A stretch of DNA of 64,000 nt from an uncultured delta proteobacterium (GCA_963850305.1 CAWKKR010000008.1:128001-192000); one strand, 5' to 3'. Counted from the stretch's first letter, positions 21,978-32,712 are shown. A program made the numbers and translations. Notes: a model not told the origin generated them from the letters alone.

Positions 21978-23756
21978 ATGGCCAAGCGACGAACCCTCCA
22001 TCTCACGCTTCTAACCGCACTCCCGCTGTTGCTCGGAGCGCTCAACGCAACGGCGTCGCCCGCGCCCCCGTACTTGACGCACCAGGGGCGGCTCTTCACG
22101 TCGACCGGCACCCCGGTGAACGGCACGGTGAAGTTCGTCTTCAGCATCTACGCGAACCCGGGCGGCGCGGATGGCGGCACCGACGACCTGCTGTGGCAAG
22201 AGACGCACAATCTCACCCTCGACGACGGGTATTTCTCGACCGTCCTCGGCCAGACGACGCCCATCCCGGACACGCTCTTCGACGGTTCGGTTCGATACCT
22301 CGGCATCTCGATCGAAGACGAGCCGGAGCTGTCGCCGCGTGAGGAACTCGCGAGCGTACCGTACGCACTGAACGCCGCGAACGCGACCGGCGACATCACG
22401 CCGCACACCGTGACCATTGGCGGCCAGGTCGTCATCGACGACAAGGGAAACTGGGTTGGTCCTCAGTCAGGATTGGTTGGGCCCCAGGGACCCGCGGGCG
22501 GTGCGGGGACGGCAGGCGCGCAGGGAGCCACAGGGGCACAAGGCCCCCAGGGCGCGCAGGGGATCGGTACGCAGGGGCCCCAAGGCCCACAGGGGATCGG
22601 TACGCAAGGGCCCCAAGGCCCACAGGGGATCGGCGCGCAAGGGCCCCAAGGCCCACAGGGCGTCGGTACGCAGGGGCCCCAGGGCGTCCTCGGCGCCGCG
22701 GGATCGCAGGGCGCAACGGGATCGCAGGGCGCAACGGGATCGCAGGGCGCGACGGGATCGCAGGGCGCAACGGGATCGCAGGGCGCGACGGGATCGCAGG
22801 GCGCGACGGGATCGCAGGGCGCAACGGGCTTGGCCGGCGCACAAGGGCCACAGGGCCTCACCGGGGCGCAAGGGCCGCAGGGCTTGGCCGGGACGCAAGG
22901 GCCGCAGGGCCTCTCGGGCGCTCAAGGGCTACAGGGCCTGGCCGGCGTGCAAGGGCCGCAAGGGCTAACGGGCACGCCGGGCGCACAGGGTTCTCCGGGA
23001 ACTCCAGGCTCCACGGGCGCGCAAGGAGCGGCGGGCGCGCAGGGACCGACGGGCGCGCAAGGAGCAGCGGGCACGCCGGGGGCGCAAGGTTCCGCCGGCG
23101 CCAAGGGGGCGCAAGGAGCAGCGGGCGCGCAGGGGCTTGCTGGTGCACAAGGGCCGCAAGGCGCGGTGGGGGTGCAAGGGCCTCAAGGGAACAACGGCGC
23201 CCAGGGCTCGATGGGTCCACAAGGCAGCGTTGGATCGCAAGGCGCCAAGGGCGCGCAAGGCGCGCAAGGTTCTGCGGGCGCGCAGGGCGCACAAGGCGTT
23301 GGCGTCCAGGGTCCGCAGGGGACGCAAGGCACGAAGGGCGCTCAAGGTGCCCAAGGAGCAGCGGGAACCCTCGCTCAGTACGTGAACGAGTCTGCCACTC
23401 AGATCGGCGTCCAATCCGACACCACGACCCCAGTCGCATTGGCCTCGGTCACGCAGACCCTCAAAGTCGGTGAGGTCGTGGACATCACCGGCATCGCCGA
23501 AGTCGCTGGCCAATACGAGGGTTCGGCGTCCGGTTACGTGAGTATTTGCTGGACGGACCCGAGCAACAACGCGCACTCGTCGATGCCGTTTTATTTCTAC
23601 GACGAATATTCGCAAGACTCGAATATCGTGCCCGCGAGCTACTCCTTCACGGTCGCGACGGCTGGATCGTATACGATTTCGGTCTGCGGCTCGACCCAGC
23701 TCTATGATCAGTTCGTCGCCAACGCGAGCTCCGTCAAGGTGATCGTCGGAGACTAG
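21978..23756 (+). CDS. Secreted collagen-like fibre protein
   Basis: Signal peptide, N-domain (LTHQGRL...WQETH...DGYFSTVLG...SVPYA), about 96 Gly-X-Y triplets, beta-rich C-terminal domain. Confidence 0.92.
   Translation: MAKRRTLHLTLLTALPLLLGALNATASPAPPYLTHQGRLFTSTGTPVNGTVKFVFSIYANPGGADGGTDDLLWQETHNLTLDDGYFSTVLGQTTPIPDTLFDGSVRYLGISIEDEPELSPREELASVPYALNAANATGDITPHTVTIGGQVVIDDKGNWVGPQSGLVGPQGPAGGAGTAGAQGATGAQGPQGAQGIGTQGPQGPQGIGTQGPQGPQGIGAQGPQGPQGVGTQGPQGVLGAAGSQGATGSQGATGSQGATGSQGATGSQGATGSQGATGSQGATGLAGAQGPQGLTGAQGPQGLAGTQGPQGLSGAQGLQGLAGVQGPQGLTGTPGAQGSPGTPGSTGAQGAAGAQGPTGAQGAAGTPGAQGSAGAKGAQGAAGAQGLAGAQGPQGAVGVQGPQGNNGAQGSMGPQGSVGSQGAKGAQGAQGSAGAQGAQGVGVQGPQGTQGTKGAQGAQGAAGTLAQYVNESATQIGVQSDTTTPVALASVTQTLKVGEVVDITGIAEVAGQYEGSASGYVSICWTDPSNNAHSSMPFYFYDEYSQDSNIVPASYSFTVATAGSYTISVCGSTQLYDQFVANASSVKVIVGD
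22479..23372 (+). repeat. Collagen Gly-X-Y region including 7 x 18-bp (GSQGAT) units at 22701-22826
   Basis: Read directly from the translation. Five Gly-X dipeptide interruptions; longest uninterrupted run is about 70 triplets. Confidence 0.95.
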
Positions 23757-24690
23757 AGGGCTCCGCCACGGGCGGCGGCGGGGGAGCCGGATTCGGAACC
23801 GGCGCGACGGCAAACCGGGCTTCGAGGCTCGCGATCCGCGGGTCGTCGGGTGCGAGTCTCTTCAGCTCCGCGAGCTGATGAGCCGCCTCTTCGCGGAAGC
23901 CGGAGGAGAGAGTGAGGATGACGAGATTGTAGCGAGCATCCAGATGGCGAGGGTTCTCGCGTAGCACGGAGAGGTAGCCTTCTCGCGCCGGCCCGTAGTG
24001 ACCGAGACGCTGGTCGCACAGGGCAATGTCATAGAGCGCCGCGACGTCGGCGGGCTCCGTTTCGAGGATGCGCGTGAACGCGTCTCGAGCGACTTGGATT
24101 TCGCCCCGGTCGAGCGCGAGAAGGCCGACCAGGAGATGCGCGGGACCCCCGCGCCCCGCAGCCACGGCGGCGCTCGCCAGTCTCGAGGCGGCTCGGGCAT
24201 CGTGGCGCGCCCAGGCAAGGTGCGCGATGGCGTACGCAGCGTAGGGGTCGGACGGCTTGATTCGCAGGACGGCGCGTGCCTTCGACTCGGCTCCGGGGTC
24301 GCCCGCGCGGGCGTCAATCTCCGCTTCTTGCCCGGCGAGCGTTTCGGCGCAGTTGACCGCCGCCGACGGAAGCAGTCGCCGAGCGTCATCGACGAGCGAG
24401 GCGTCGAGTGCTTCGCGAATCGCGACCTTCGCGCAGCTGCACTGCTCCGATACGACGCCGTGGCACCACTCGCGCACGCGACCGACAGACGTCGCGCGCT
24501 TCTGGCCGACCAGCTTCGCGACGAGCATCCGAAGCTCCGCCGGGTCGGCCGGCGGAGGGACCTTCGGAGTTGCACTGCGCAGCAGGAGAAAGACGACGGC
24601 CGCGCCGACCAGCGCGCCGAGACCGACGAGAGCCACGACGACCGTACGCCGGGGGCGGGATGACGAGGCTGCAACGGGGGGCGAGGTCAC
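23734..24690 (-). CDS. Membrane-anchored TPR protein
   Basis: N-terminal TM helix, Cys cluster, TPR helices (AHLLVG..., [13 protein letters not shown]). Start inferred within a longer shadow ORF. Confidence 0.75.
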   Translation of the reverse strand: MTSPPVAASSSRPRRTVVVALVGLGALVGAAVVFLLLRSATPKVPPPADPAELRMLVAKLVGQKRATSVGRVREWCHGVVSEQCSCAKVAIREALDASLVDDARRLLPSAAVNCAETLAGQEAEIDARAGDPGAESKARAVLRIKPSDPYAAYAIAHLAWARHDARAASRLASAAVAAGRGGPAHLLVGLLALDRGEIQVARDAFTRILETEPADVAALYDIALCDQRLGHYGPAREGYLSVLRENPRHLDARYNLVILTLSSGFREEAAHQLAELKRLAPDDPRIASLEARFAVAPVPNPAPPPPPVAEPSSLRRSP

Positions 24691-24786
24691 GTCGGTGGAG
24701 CGTACAGCGGATAGGCGCTGGAATTCAGCCGGTCCGTGACGGAATGCGAGCGATTCTGGGATACCCTCGTCATCGAGGTCTCTTCC

Positions 24787-26037
24787 TTGAAAGCGAGCGT
24801 CTTCACCCCCACGCATCGCCCGGATTACCTGGTCGCGGTCTACCGGGCGCTCGCGCGCCAGTCCCTTCGCGACTTCGAGTGGGTTCTCGTCCCGAACGGA
24901 CCGAGTGCGGCGTTGCCGGAGGAGATCCTTCGCGACCGGCGGGTGAAAGTCGCGGTGGCCCCGGCGACCCTGGACGGCAAGATCGGCGCTCTCAAGCGCT
25001 TCGCATGCTCCGCTTGCTCGGGCGACGTTCTCGTCGAGCTCGATCATGACGATCTGCTCACCGAGCGCGCCCTCGAACGGGTCGTGGACGGGGTGCGCGA
25101 CGGCGCGGGCTTCGTGTACTCGGATTTCGCCAACTTCCTGCCCGATGGTAGCTGTCAGACCTACGACCCGCGCTTCGGATGGACCCAGCGCGAAGAGGCG
25201 ATCGACGGCCGAACCTACAGCGTGATGGAAGCCTTCGAGTGCAACGCTCGGTCGCTCTATGAGATCTTCTTCAGTCCGAACCACGTGCGGGCCTGGACCC
25301 GCGACGCGTACGCGCAAGCCGGCGGTCACGACGCGACGCTCGAGGTCTGCGACGACCACGATCTCGTCTGTCGCACGTACCTGACGGGGACGGCGATGCG
25401 TCGCATCCCGGAATGTCTCTATCTGTATCGCCTTCAGGAGGGCGACCGAAACTCCTACCTGGAACGCAACGCGCTCATCCAGGCGACCCAGCTGGAGGTC
25501 GGCAATCGACACTTCTATCGGCTCGCCGACGAGTGGTGCCGGCGAGAAGGGCTTCCGCGCTGGGACCTCGGGGGCCGTCTCGGCTGCCCCGAGGGGTATC
25601 GCTCCATCGATCTGGCCGACGCGGATCTCATTCACGACGTCACGAAGGGGCTGCCGTTCGAGGATTCGTCGGTCGGCATCATCCGCGCGTACGATCTGCT
25701 GGAACACATTCCGCCGCCGCACGTCGTGCCATTGATGAACGAGATCCACCGCGTCCTCGCGCCCGGCGGCTGGTTGCTCTCGCGCACCCCATCGACCGAC
25801 GGGCGCGGCGCGTTTCAGGATCCGACGCACGTGAGTTTCTGGAACCAGAACTCGTTCTGGTACTACACGAAGAAGGAACTCGCCGTGTACGTTCCGGCGG
25901 TGAAATGCCGGTTCCAGGGAACGAGGGTCTGGACGGAGTTTCCTTCCGACTGGCACCGGGCAAACCAGATCCCGTACGTCTATGCCGATCTGTGTGCACT
26001 CAAAGGGCAGCGGCAACCAGGCCTTCAGGAGATCTGA
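24787..26037 (+). CDS. GT2 glycosyltransferase fused to a SAM-dependent methyltransferase-like domain
   Basis: SVFTPTH, ELDHDD (DxD motif), DDHDL. C-terminal DLGG, LPFEDSS, LEHI, EIHRVLAPGG, QDPTH. TTG start with GAGG upstream. Confidence 0.88.
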   Translation: MKASVFTPTHRPDYLVAVYRALARQSLRDFEWVLVPNGPSAALPEEILRDRRVKVAVAPATLDGKIGALKRFACSACSGDVLVELDHDDLLTERALERVVDGVRDGAGFVYSDFANFLPDGSCQTYDPRFGWTQREEAIDGRTYSVMEAFECNARSLYEIFFSPNHVRAWTRDAYAQAGGHDATLEVCDDHDLVCRTYLTGTAMRRIPECLYLYRLQEGDRNSYLERNALIQATQLEVGNRHFYRLADEWCRREGLPRWDLGGRLGCPEGYRSIDLADADLIHDVTKGLPFEDSSVGIIRAYDLLEHIPPPHVVPLMNEIHRVLAPGGWLLSRTPSTDGRGAFQDPTHVSFWNQNSFWYYTKKELAVYVPAVKCRFQGTRVWTEFPSDWHRANQIPYVYADLCALKGQRQPGLQEI

Positions 26038-26107
26038 TGCCGCCCGGCGAAGATCGACGGGAGCATCGCCCGGTGCCCATTCCTCGGGGGCGGCGACGAG
26101 GGCTCGC

Positions 26108-27146
26108 ATGACGGCGGACGAAGTCCTGGCGGGGTTCGGGGGGTCGCCCGACTTTCACGTGCACCAGGTGGACCTCGTGGCCGAGACCGCCCTGGTCGTC
26201 GCACACGACGCGGAGACGTACCGGACAGCAAGCTTTCTGGACGGTCGCGCACTCGTCCCGGGCACGCACGCCGTCTGGATTCCGTTGTCGCTTCTCGCAA
26301 GGGCGGCCAGCGCGGTTCGCTCGCGCCCCTTACACTTCGTCTGGCACACGGGGCACGTCGGTTCCACGTTGCTCAGCCGGCTATTGGGAGAAGTGAACGG
26401 CGTCCTTTCTCTCCGCGAGCCGCTCCCGCTCCGCGGACTCGCGGACGCGGCCGACGCGCTCGGGGGCGTACACTCTCTGCTCGAATCCATCGCGCTTCGA
26501 GAGCCTCCTCGCGACGCTGTGTAACTCGTGGGCGCGCGGTTACACCGACACGCGCTGCGTGGTCGTCAAGGCAACGAGCACGGCCGCGCGGATCGCCTCG
26601 CGCCTCTTGCAGCAGTTGCACGCGGCCCGATCCGTATACCTCAACGTTCGTCTCGAGCCCTATCTCGCGACTTCCCTCTCGCGAAGACCCCTCGATCTCC
26701 GGAGCCATGGCCCCGAGCGCATCCGCCGGCTGCAATCGAGGCTCACGATACCCCTCGAGCCCCTCTGGTCCATGTCCGTCGGGGAACTCGCGGCCCTTTC
26801 CTGGCTGACCGAGACGTTGACCGAGCGTGACGTGACGAGAGCGTTCGGCCAGCGAGTCCTTGCGATTGATTTCGAGGCGATGCTCGCAGACGTTCACGGC
26901 ACGATGGCAACGGTGCTCGATCACCTCGCACTGTCCCCCGACGAGGACTACCTTTCCCGCGTCGAGAGCAGCCACGTGCTCACGCGACACTCGAAGTCTA
27001 CCGACATGCCTTATTCGAAAGCCGTGCGGGACACGATTCTCGACGACTCCCGGGCGCGGAATCGAGACGAGATTCGCAAGGGAACGACCTGGCTCGACTG
27101 CCTTGCGCGGCTGGAGCCCTCGGTCGCCGACGTGCTGCGCACGTGA
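26108..27146 (+). CDS. Sulfotransferase-like P-loop-fold protein (frameshift near 26490)
   Basis: FVWHTGHVGSTLLSRLL..LREP in one frame, continuing as VVKATS... in the +1 frame. Confidence 0.65.
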
Positions 27147-27288
27147 CGGTCGGGCCTCGCCGGGCGCACGAGCGCACGCCATCGATGAGCCCGACGACCC
27201 GCTACTTCCGTGGGCTCGGATGCAATCGCGAAACGTGGGCGCACGCGTGTTATCGTTCTGCCCCTCTCGAGCTACCACACGGTGGAAC

Positions 27289-27960
27289 ATGCGACTTCTC
27301 GTTGCTGATGTCATCGGCGCCCCGGTGCGCACCGCGCTTCTCGAGGCCGTTCGCGGCGCCGAATTCGTCGATGGGCGCATCTCCGCTCACGGAGCTGCGC
27401 GGGACGCCAAGAACGCGCTCCAGCTCCCGCGAGGATCCGCAGTCGGAGAAACTGCGGGCGAGAATCTACAGCGTGCGCTCTTCGCGTCGACTGACTTCGT
27501 CGGCGCAGTTCAGCCGCTGCGCATGGTGAAGCCCCAGCTGATGCGCTACGACGCCGGGATGGCCTATGGCCCGCATTACGACGCGCCCGTGTTCATGGAC
27601 TGGCCCCGAGTCCGTGCCGACGTCGCCGTCACGGTCTTTCTGAACGAGCCCGACGAGTACGATGGTGGTGCCCTCGTCATCGAGACGAACGAGGGACGGG
27701 TGTCCTGTCGCGGCGCGGCAGGTTCGGCACTCGTATACTCGGGCGGCCAGCGCCACTCCGTGGAGCCCGTCACGCGCGGGACGCGATTCGTCGCGGTCAC
27801 CTGGGTCCAGAGCCTGGTGCGGAACGCCGAACAGCGGGCCCTGCTTCATCGCCTCGTCCGCACGATGGCCGGCCTCGAACGGCGCGGCGCCGCGCCTGAG
27901 GAGCTCGAATCCCTGCGAGAGGTACACGCGCAGCTCCTTCGGGGCTGGGCGGAGACGTGA
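27289..27960 (+). CDS. Fe(II)/2-oxoglutarate-dependent dioxygenase (PiuC/YbiX PKHD-type hydroxylase)
   Basis: FVDGR..A, RY...YGPHYD (HxD), FLNEPDEYDGG, HSVEPVTRGTR, WVQSLVR. Confidence 0.9.
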   Translation: MRLLVADVIGAPVRTALLEAVRGAEFVDGRISAHGAARDAKNALQLPRGSAVGETAGENLQRALFASTDFVGAVQPLRMVKPQLMRYDAGMAYGPHYDAPVFMDWPRVRADVAVTVFLNEPDEYDGGALVIETNEGRVSCRGAAGSALVYSGGQRHSVEPVTRGTRFVAVTWVQSLVRNAEQRALLHRLVRTMAGLERRGAAPEELESLREVHAQLLRGWAET

Positions 27961-27976
27961 GCTCGACCAACGCCCG

Positions 27977-28765
27977 ATGTTCATCCTGACGGGCTCGAAG
28001 CAATCCGGAACCGCGCTCTGGATGCAGATCTTGATCGCGGCAGGGTATCCTCCGTTCGGTGAAGACGTGGCGCTGGAATCGGCGCAACGACCGTCCGACG
28101 CGAACGCCGACAGACGGTTCGAAGCGTCGTTGCGTCACGGGATCAACTTCACGACGAACCCGAGCCCCACGACGGGCCAGTATGTCTTTCCGGAGCAGCT
28201 CGCGCGACACGTCGCGGAGATTTTTCCATTCGGCGTGGCACGCACGGAGCGCGCGTATGTCGGCAAGGTCGTGGCGACCCTCCGCCCGCTCCGCGAGTAC
28301 GTGCACGCCATGCGTCGATTGCACGCGCTCGAGGACGTGACGCGCGAAGCACCGGAGCCAGCGCGGCTGGATCCTTCGCTCGAGTGGTGGGCGGAGAACT
28401 ATGCGCTCGTCCGAGACGCATCGATTCGCCGGTATCCCATCCGCTTCGAGACCGTCGATCGGCTGCTCCGGGACCCCGAGCAGGTCATCTCCGACGTCGT
28501 GGGCTGGCTCGGCGCGGGAGACGCGGTGCGCGCCGCAAACGTCGTGAAGCCCGAACGCCCCACCTTCGACGTCGCGAACGACGTCTCGCTCCCGGCGGAC
28601 CTCGTCGTGCTCTGCGACGAACTCTACGCCGCGCTCGGTCGGAACCACGCGGTCACGGGCTCACTCCTGGCTGAACTGAACGCGGCGCAAGGGGCGCTCC
28701 TGCCGGTGCTCCGTGCCGAGGACGCGCGCCTGATGCGGGCGCGTGCGAGCGCCAGAGCAGGCTGA
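27977..28765 (+). CDS. Sulfotransferase-like protein
   Basis: N-terminal ILTGSKQSGTALWMQIL resembles the PAPS-binding loop. ATLRP and LLRDPEQVI..VVGWLG. Confidence 0.6.
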   Translation: MFILTGSKQSGTALWMQILIAAGYPPFGEDVALESAQRPSDANADRRFEASLRHGINFTTNPSPTTGQYVFPEQLARHVAEIFPFGVARTERAYVGKVVATLRPLREYVHAMRRLHALEDVTREAPEPARLDPSLEWWAENYALVRDASIRRYPIRFETVDRLLRDPEQVISDVVGWLGAGDAVRAANVVKPERPTFDVANDVSLPADLVVLCDELYAALGRNHAVTGSLLAELNAAQGALLPVLRAEDARLMRARASARAG

Positions 28766-28852
28766 GATCACTCGGATTTCTCCCGCGACCGCGGATCGCA
28801 CGGGCGCCTCGCGCGGTTCCGGATAGAATCATGGGAACCTTAGGGAGATCCC

Positions 28853-29498
28853 ATGCGTCACTTGGCAATCTGCGGCGTGCTGTGCCTCCTCGCGGGCTGC
28901 GGCGGACAGACAGGCATCGACGACGGCCTCGACGGACTTCACGGCGGCGGCAGCGGCGGGTCGGAACTGACGGCCGCTGGCGGCTCCGGCACGGGCGCCG
29001 GAACATCCGCGAGGGGGCGGCGGCAGTGCAGACCGCGGCACCGGCGGCACGGTCGCGGGTGACGAGTGCACGAGCAACGATCAGTGCGCGACGCCCGCCC
29101 TCTGTAAGGTCTGTTCTGGAGGCGGTTCATCCTGCGCGCAAGGAGAATGCGTGAACGGCACTTGCAGCACCTACTTCCCGCCCTGCGGCGTGCCCGCGAG
29201 TGGCGGCGCGTCCGGCGCGGGCGGTGATCCGGGCGCCGGCGGTGCCGCGACGGGCGGCGCGACGAGCAGCAGTCCATGCACTGTGAATTCGGATTGTCCC
29301 GACCACGAGATCTGCGGCTTCCCAACCGCGGATGCCTGCGCGGCGAAAGGGAGCTGCTTCCCCGCGCCCGGGGTCGAATGCAACGCAATCGTCCTCGGCT
29401 GCGCGTGCGATGGCGGCATGGTCAACCTGGCGTGCAACGGCTTGCCCGGCGGCTACGCGCCCAAGCCCGTGTTGCATTCCGGGGCGTGCACGAACTGA
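28853..29498 (+). CDS. Cys-rich lipoprotein (frameshift near 29010-29040)
   Basis: Lipobox LAGC, Gly linker, Cys-rich modules (CGF..ADAC..KGSC, CACDG) continuing in another frame. Confidence 0.6.
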
Positions 29499-29635
29499 CG
29501 GCATCGAGCCGTCCGTGCTCCGGAGGCGAGTGCTCATCGGAGTCGTCGAGCGCCCCGCTTTCCTAGTACACCGGCGGCTCTATCTCGTCCCTGATCTCGC
29601 GCTTGAAGGCGAGATCCGTGACGAAGTGCGTCGGG

Positions 29636-31207
29636 TCAACTTTCGCCGGGCTGTCCGCCCAGCGGACCGTCGCCAGGGCCGTCGGGGATCTGGTCGTCGG
29701 GGAGCAAGGAGACGATGCGAAACAAGTCGGCGCGCCGATCGAGGCGCGGCGTGACGGAACCCGTCGAACGGGCGCTGTGAAGCGTGTTCAGGTCCACGTC
29801 GCAGATGAGCACGGTCTCCTCGTTCGAATCGGCTTCGGCGGCGATGCCGTCGCGCGCGAACGCGAAGTCGGAGGGCGTGAGCACTGCCGCCTGTCCATAG
29901 TTGATGTCGAGGTTCCCGACGTCGGGCAGATTGCCGACGTTACCGGCGAGCGCGACGTACACCTGGTTTTCGACGGCGCGAGCCTGAGCGCAGTACCGCA
30001 CTCGCAAATACCCCTGGCGGTTGTCCGTGCAGAACGGGACGAAGATGATCTCCGCGCCGTGATCGGCGAGGTAACGCGCCGCCTCCGGGAACTCGATGTC
30101 ATAACAAATCAAGACACCGATCCGACCCTTCGGGGTGTCGATCGGCCGGAGCGAGTGGCCTCCGGAAATCCCCCACGAGTTGCGCTCGCTCGGCGTGATG
30201 TGAAGCTTCGGCTGTCCGACGATCTCCCCCGTGGGTAAGCAGACGAAGGTCATGTTGTAGAGCAGCTTGCCGTTCGCGACGGGATGGCTGCCCGCGATGA
30301 GAGTGAGCCCGTGGCGAACCGCGAGCTCGCGCATCAATCCGGAGAACCGCGACTCGTAGCCCGCAAGCCGACGAATGCCTTCGAGCGTCGAAAGAACGGG
30401 CTCCTGCGACAGGAGCTGCGCCGACACGAACTCGGGCAAGAGCACGAAGTCGGCCTTGTAATCCGCGGCGACGCCGACGAAGTACGTCACCTGACGCGCG
30501 AACTCCTCGAAGCTTGCCACGCGGCGCATCTGATATTGCACGCACGCGACCCGCACCTTGCGATCGCTCTCCGCCGGGCGCCGATATTCCGGGTTCAGCC
30601 ACTCGATGAGGGACGCGTGATTGTTGCTCGTCGGATCCTGGATGTAATGGGGCATCACGCCCCGCAGCGTGAACTCCTCGCGGAGCTGAAAGCTCAGGAC
30701 CTGGTCCGTGAGCTTGCCCGCGGCGACGCGCTCCGCGTACTCCTCCGGGGACATCCGCGCGGCATGCTCGCGATAGTTCAGGAGCCGCCCACCGGCGAGG
30801 ATGCGCCGCTTGTTGAGCCGCTTGCAGAGGCGCCTCCGCGCTTCGTAGAGCGCCGCGCCGACGCCGCGCCCGCGGTAGTCCGGGTCCACGTAAACGTCGG
30901 CTCCGTAGAGGGTATCGGCCTCGGGATCGTGATTGGTGAAATAGCCGCTGTCGGTGATCCCCGCCCACGTATGATGCCGCAGAGGATTCGGCCCCAGATC
31001 GACGATGAGCGTCGCGACCGCGCCGACGATCGCCTCGTCGAGCTCCGCCACGAGCTGGCCCTGCGGGAACACCAGCTGGTGGCTCTTCAGATGGCGCTCG
31101 CCCCAGACGACATCTTCGTTCGCCATGACGGGATACGCATCCCGGTTCATTCGAACGAGCCGCGGAACGTCGGCCCGAGTCGCTTCACGAACGCTGATGT
31201 CGCCCAT
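29636..31207 (-). CDS. GNAT acetyltransferase / carbon-nitrogen hydrolase fusion
   Basis: VDPDYRGRGVG acetyl-CoA motif. Nitrilase triad in LPE, PKLH and ICYDIEFPE. Confidence 0.92.
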   Translation of the reverse strand: MGDISVREATRADVPRLVRMNRDAYPVMANEDVVWGERHLKSHQLVFPQGQLVAELDEAIVGAVATLIVDLGPNPLRHHTWAGITDSGYFTNHDPEADTLYGADVYVDPDYRGRGVGAALYEARRRLCKRLNKRRILAGGRLLNYREHAARMSPEEYAERVAAGKLTDQVLSFQLREEFTLRGVMPHYIQDPTSNNHASLIEWLNPEYRRPAESDRKVRVACVQYQMRRVASFEEFARQVTYFVGVAADYKADFVLLPEFVSAQLLSQEPVLSTLEGIRRLAGYESRFSGLMRELAVRHGLTLIAGSHPVANGKLLYNMTFVCLPTGEIVGQPKLHITPSERNSWGISGGHSLRPIDTPKGRIGVLICYDIEFPEAARYLADHGAEIIFVPFCTDNRQGYLRVRYCAQARAVENQVYVALAGNVGNLPDVGNLDINYGQAAVLTPSDFAFARDGIAAEADSNEETVLICDVDLNTLHSARSTGSVTPRLDRRADLFRIVSLLPDDQIPDGPGDGPLGGQPGES

Positions 31208-31314
31208 GCGCGCTACCGTAGCGCACGGCGCCTGTGCGAACGAGCACGCCGCCCGTCGCGGGGAGAAGAAAGTCGTGAGGGCGCGCCTTTACGACACGCC
31301 CTCACGAAGGAAAC

Positions 31315-32667
31315 TCACGGGACGCCCGCGTCGCCAGCCAGACCCTGGATCAAACACTGATTCGCGGCCGGCACGCACGCGGATGCCTGACCACCGCCGT
31401 TGACACAGCTGACGAGCTGCTGGAAGCACGCCGCACCCGGCGCGGATGGAACCTGCGGCAAGGTCGGTGTCGTACCCGGTGTGGGCGGCAGGCCGCTCGG
31501 CAGCGGTGGCAGACCGGTCGGAAGCGGAGGCAATCCGCTCGGGAGACCACTCGGCAGCGGTGGCAATCCGCTTGGCAGTGACGGCATGCCGCTCGGCAGT
31601 CCGCTGGGCAGTGACGGCAGTCCGCTCGGCAAGCCGCTCGGCAACGGAGGCAGGCCGCTCGGCAGTCCGTTGGGTAGCGGGGGCAAGCCGCTCGGCAGTG
31701 AGGGGAGCGCCGGCAAGCCACTCGGTAGAGCCGGCAGGCCGCTGGGCAGGCCGCTGGGCAGTGACGGCAGTCCGCTCGGCAAGCCGCTCGGCAGCGGAGG
31801 CAGGCCGCTCGGCAACGGGAATGGCAACATCGGAAGACCCGAGGGCATCGGGGGCAGCCCCGTCGGAAGCGGCGGAAGACCCGAGGGCAAGCCGCTCGGC
31901 AGCGCGGGCAAGCCGCTCGGCAGCGGAGGCAAGCCACTCGGTAAGCCACTCGGCAGTGACGGCAAACCGCTCGGCAAACCGCTCGGCAGTGACGGCAAGC
32001 CACTGGGGAGCCCGCTCGGCAGTGACGGCAAGCCGCTCGGCAGGCCACTCGGCAGCGGAGGCAAACCACTCGGCAGTGACGGCAAGCCGCTCGGCAAGCC
32101 ACTCGGTAGCGGAGGCAGGCCGCTCGGCAGGCCACTCGGTAGCGGAGGCAAACCACTCGGCAGCGACGGCAAGCCGCTGGGCAGACCACTCGGTAGCGGA
32201 GGCGTCGACGGCTTCGACGTCGTCGTGGGAGTGGGCTGTGCGGCACCGGCAACCTGACCGAGGCACGCGCGGAACGCGCTCGCACAATCCCCGCCGTCGG
32301 TCTTCCCCTGGAGGCACGAGACGTTGTCTTGCTGACACGCTTCGACGGCCTGCTCGAGCGCCTGGTCCTTCGATTGCGACGCGGCGTTGCACGTCTGAAG
32401 AGCCTGCCCGCATGCCGCAAGCTTCGTCTGATCGCCGTTCGCCGCGGCGGCACAGGTCTGCGCGTCGGCCGCGCACTTCGTCAAATCCGAGACGAGTGCT
32501 TCGTACGCGGTGCCGACGTGAGTCGACGCGGCGGGCGTTTCTCCCGCGTAGTCGGTCGTCGTGCCCGCCCCTTCACCGCTGCAGCCGGCGAAGAACGCGA
32601 GGCCGATGCCGAACGTTGCACCGATGCCGACGGCGGCGAAGCGCCTTACTTGCTGACGATGTTGCAT
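31315..32667 (-). CDS. Lipoprotein with a long Pro-Ser-Gly-Leu repeat linker
   Basis: Lipobox FAGC and Cys-patterned helical N- and C-domains flanking LPSG/LPPL/LPSL repeats. Confidence 0.8.
   Translation of the reverse strand: MQHRQQVRRFAAVGIGATFGIGLAFFAGCSGEGAGTTTDYAGETPAASTHVGTAYEALVSDLTKCAADAQTCAAAANGDQTKLAACGQALQTCNAASQSKDQALEQAVEACQQDNVSCLQGKTDGGDCASAFRACLGQVAGAAQPTPTTTSKPSTPPLPSGLPSGLPSLPSGLPPLPSGLPSGLPPLPSGLPSGLPSLPSGLPPLPSGLPSGLPSLPSGLPSGLPSLPSGLPSGLPSLPSGLPSGLPPLPSGLPALPSGLPSGLPPLPTGLPPMPSGLPMLPFPLPSGLPPLPSGLPSGLPSLPSGLPSGLPALPSGLPALPSLPSGLPPLPNGLPSGLPPLPSGLPSGLPSLPSGLPSGMPSLPSGLPPLPSGLPSGLPPLPTGLPPLPSGLPPTPGTTPTLPQVPSAPGAACFQQLVSCVNGGGQASACVPAANQCLIQGLAGDAGVP
31490..32200 (-). repeat. 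Coding 9/12-bp degenerate repeats (LPSG, LPP, LPS)
   Basis: Repeats such as ccgctcggcagc/ccactcggcagt throughout. Boundaries approximate. Confidence 0.9.
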
Positions 32668-32712
32668 GTTGTCTCCAGGTGACCGCGTTCGCGGCGTTTC
32701 ATGGCGGGAATC

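Noticed and set aside
21978..26037. Prophage remnant, since collagen and GT genes also occur in phages
   Set aside because: No capsid, terminase, portal or integrase genes are present, and the fibre has a Sec-type signal peptide and a lipoprotein partner.
24691..26109. 791-aa ORF 23734-26109 as one giant minus-strand protein
   Set aside because: Its upstream part is the antisense shadow of the GT-MT gene. Only the TM+TPR part (to about 24690) looks real.
31350..32453. Cys/Arg-rich alternative-frame ORFs (CRAACR...) as RiPP or metallothionein precursors
   Set aside because: They are frame shadows of the PSGL repeat gene, which has a proper lipoprotein signal.
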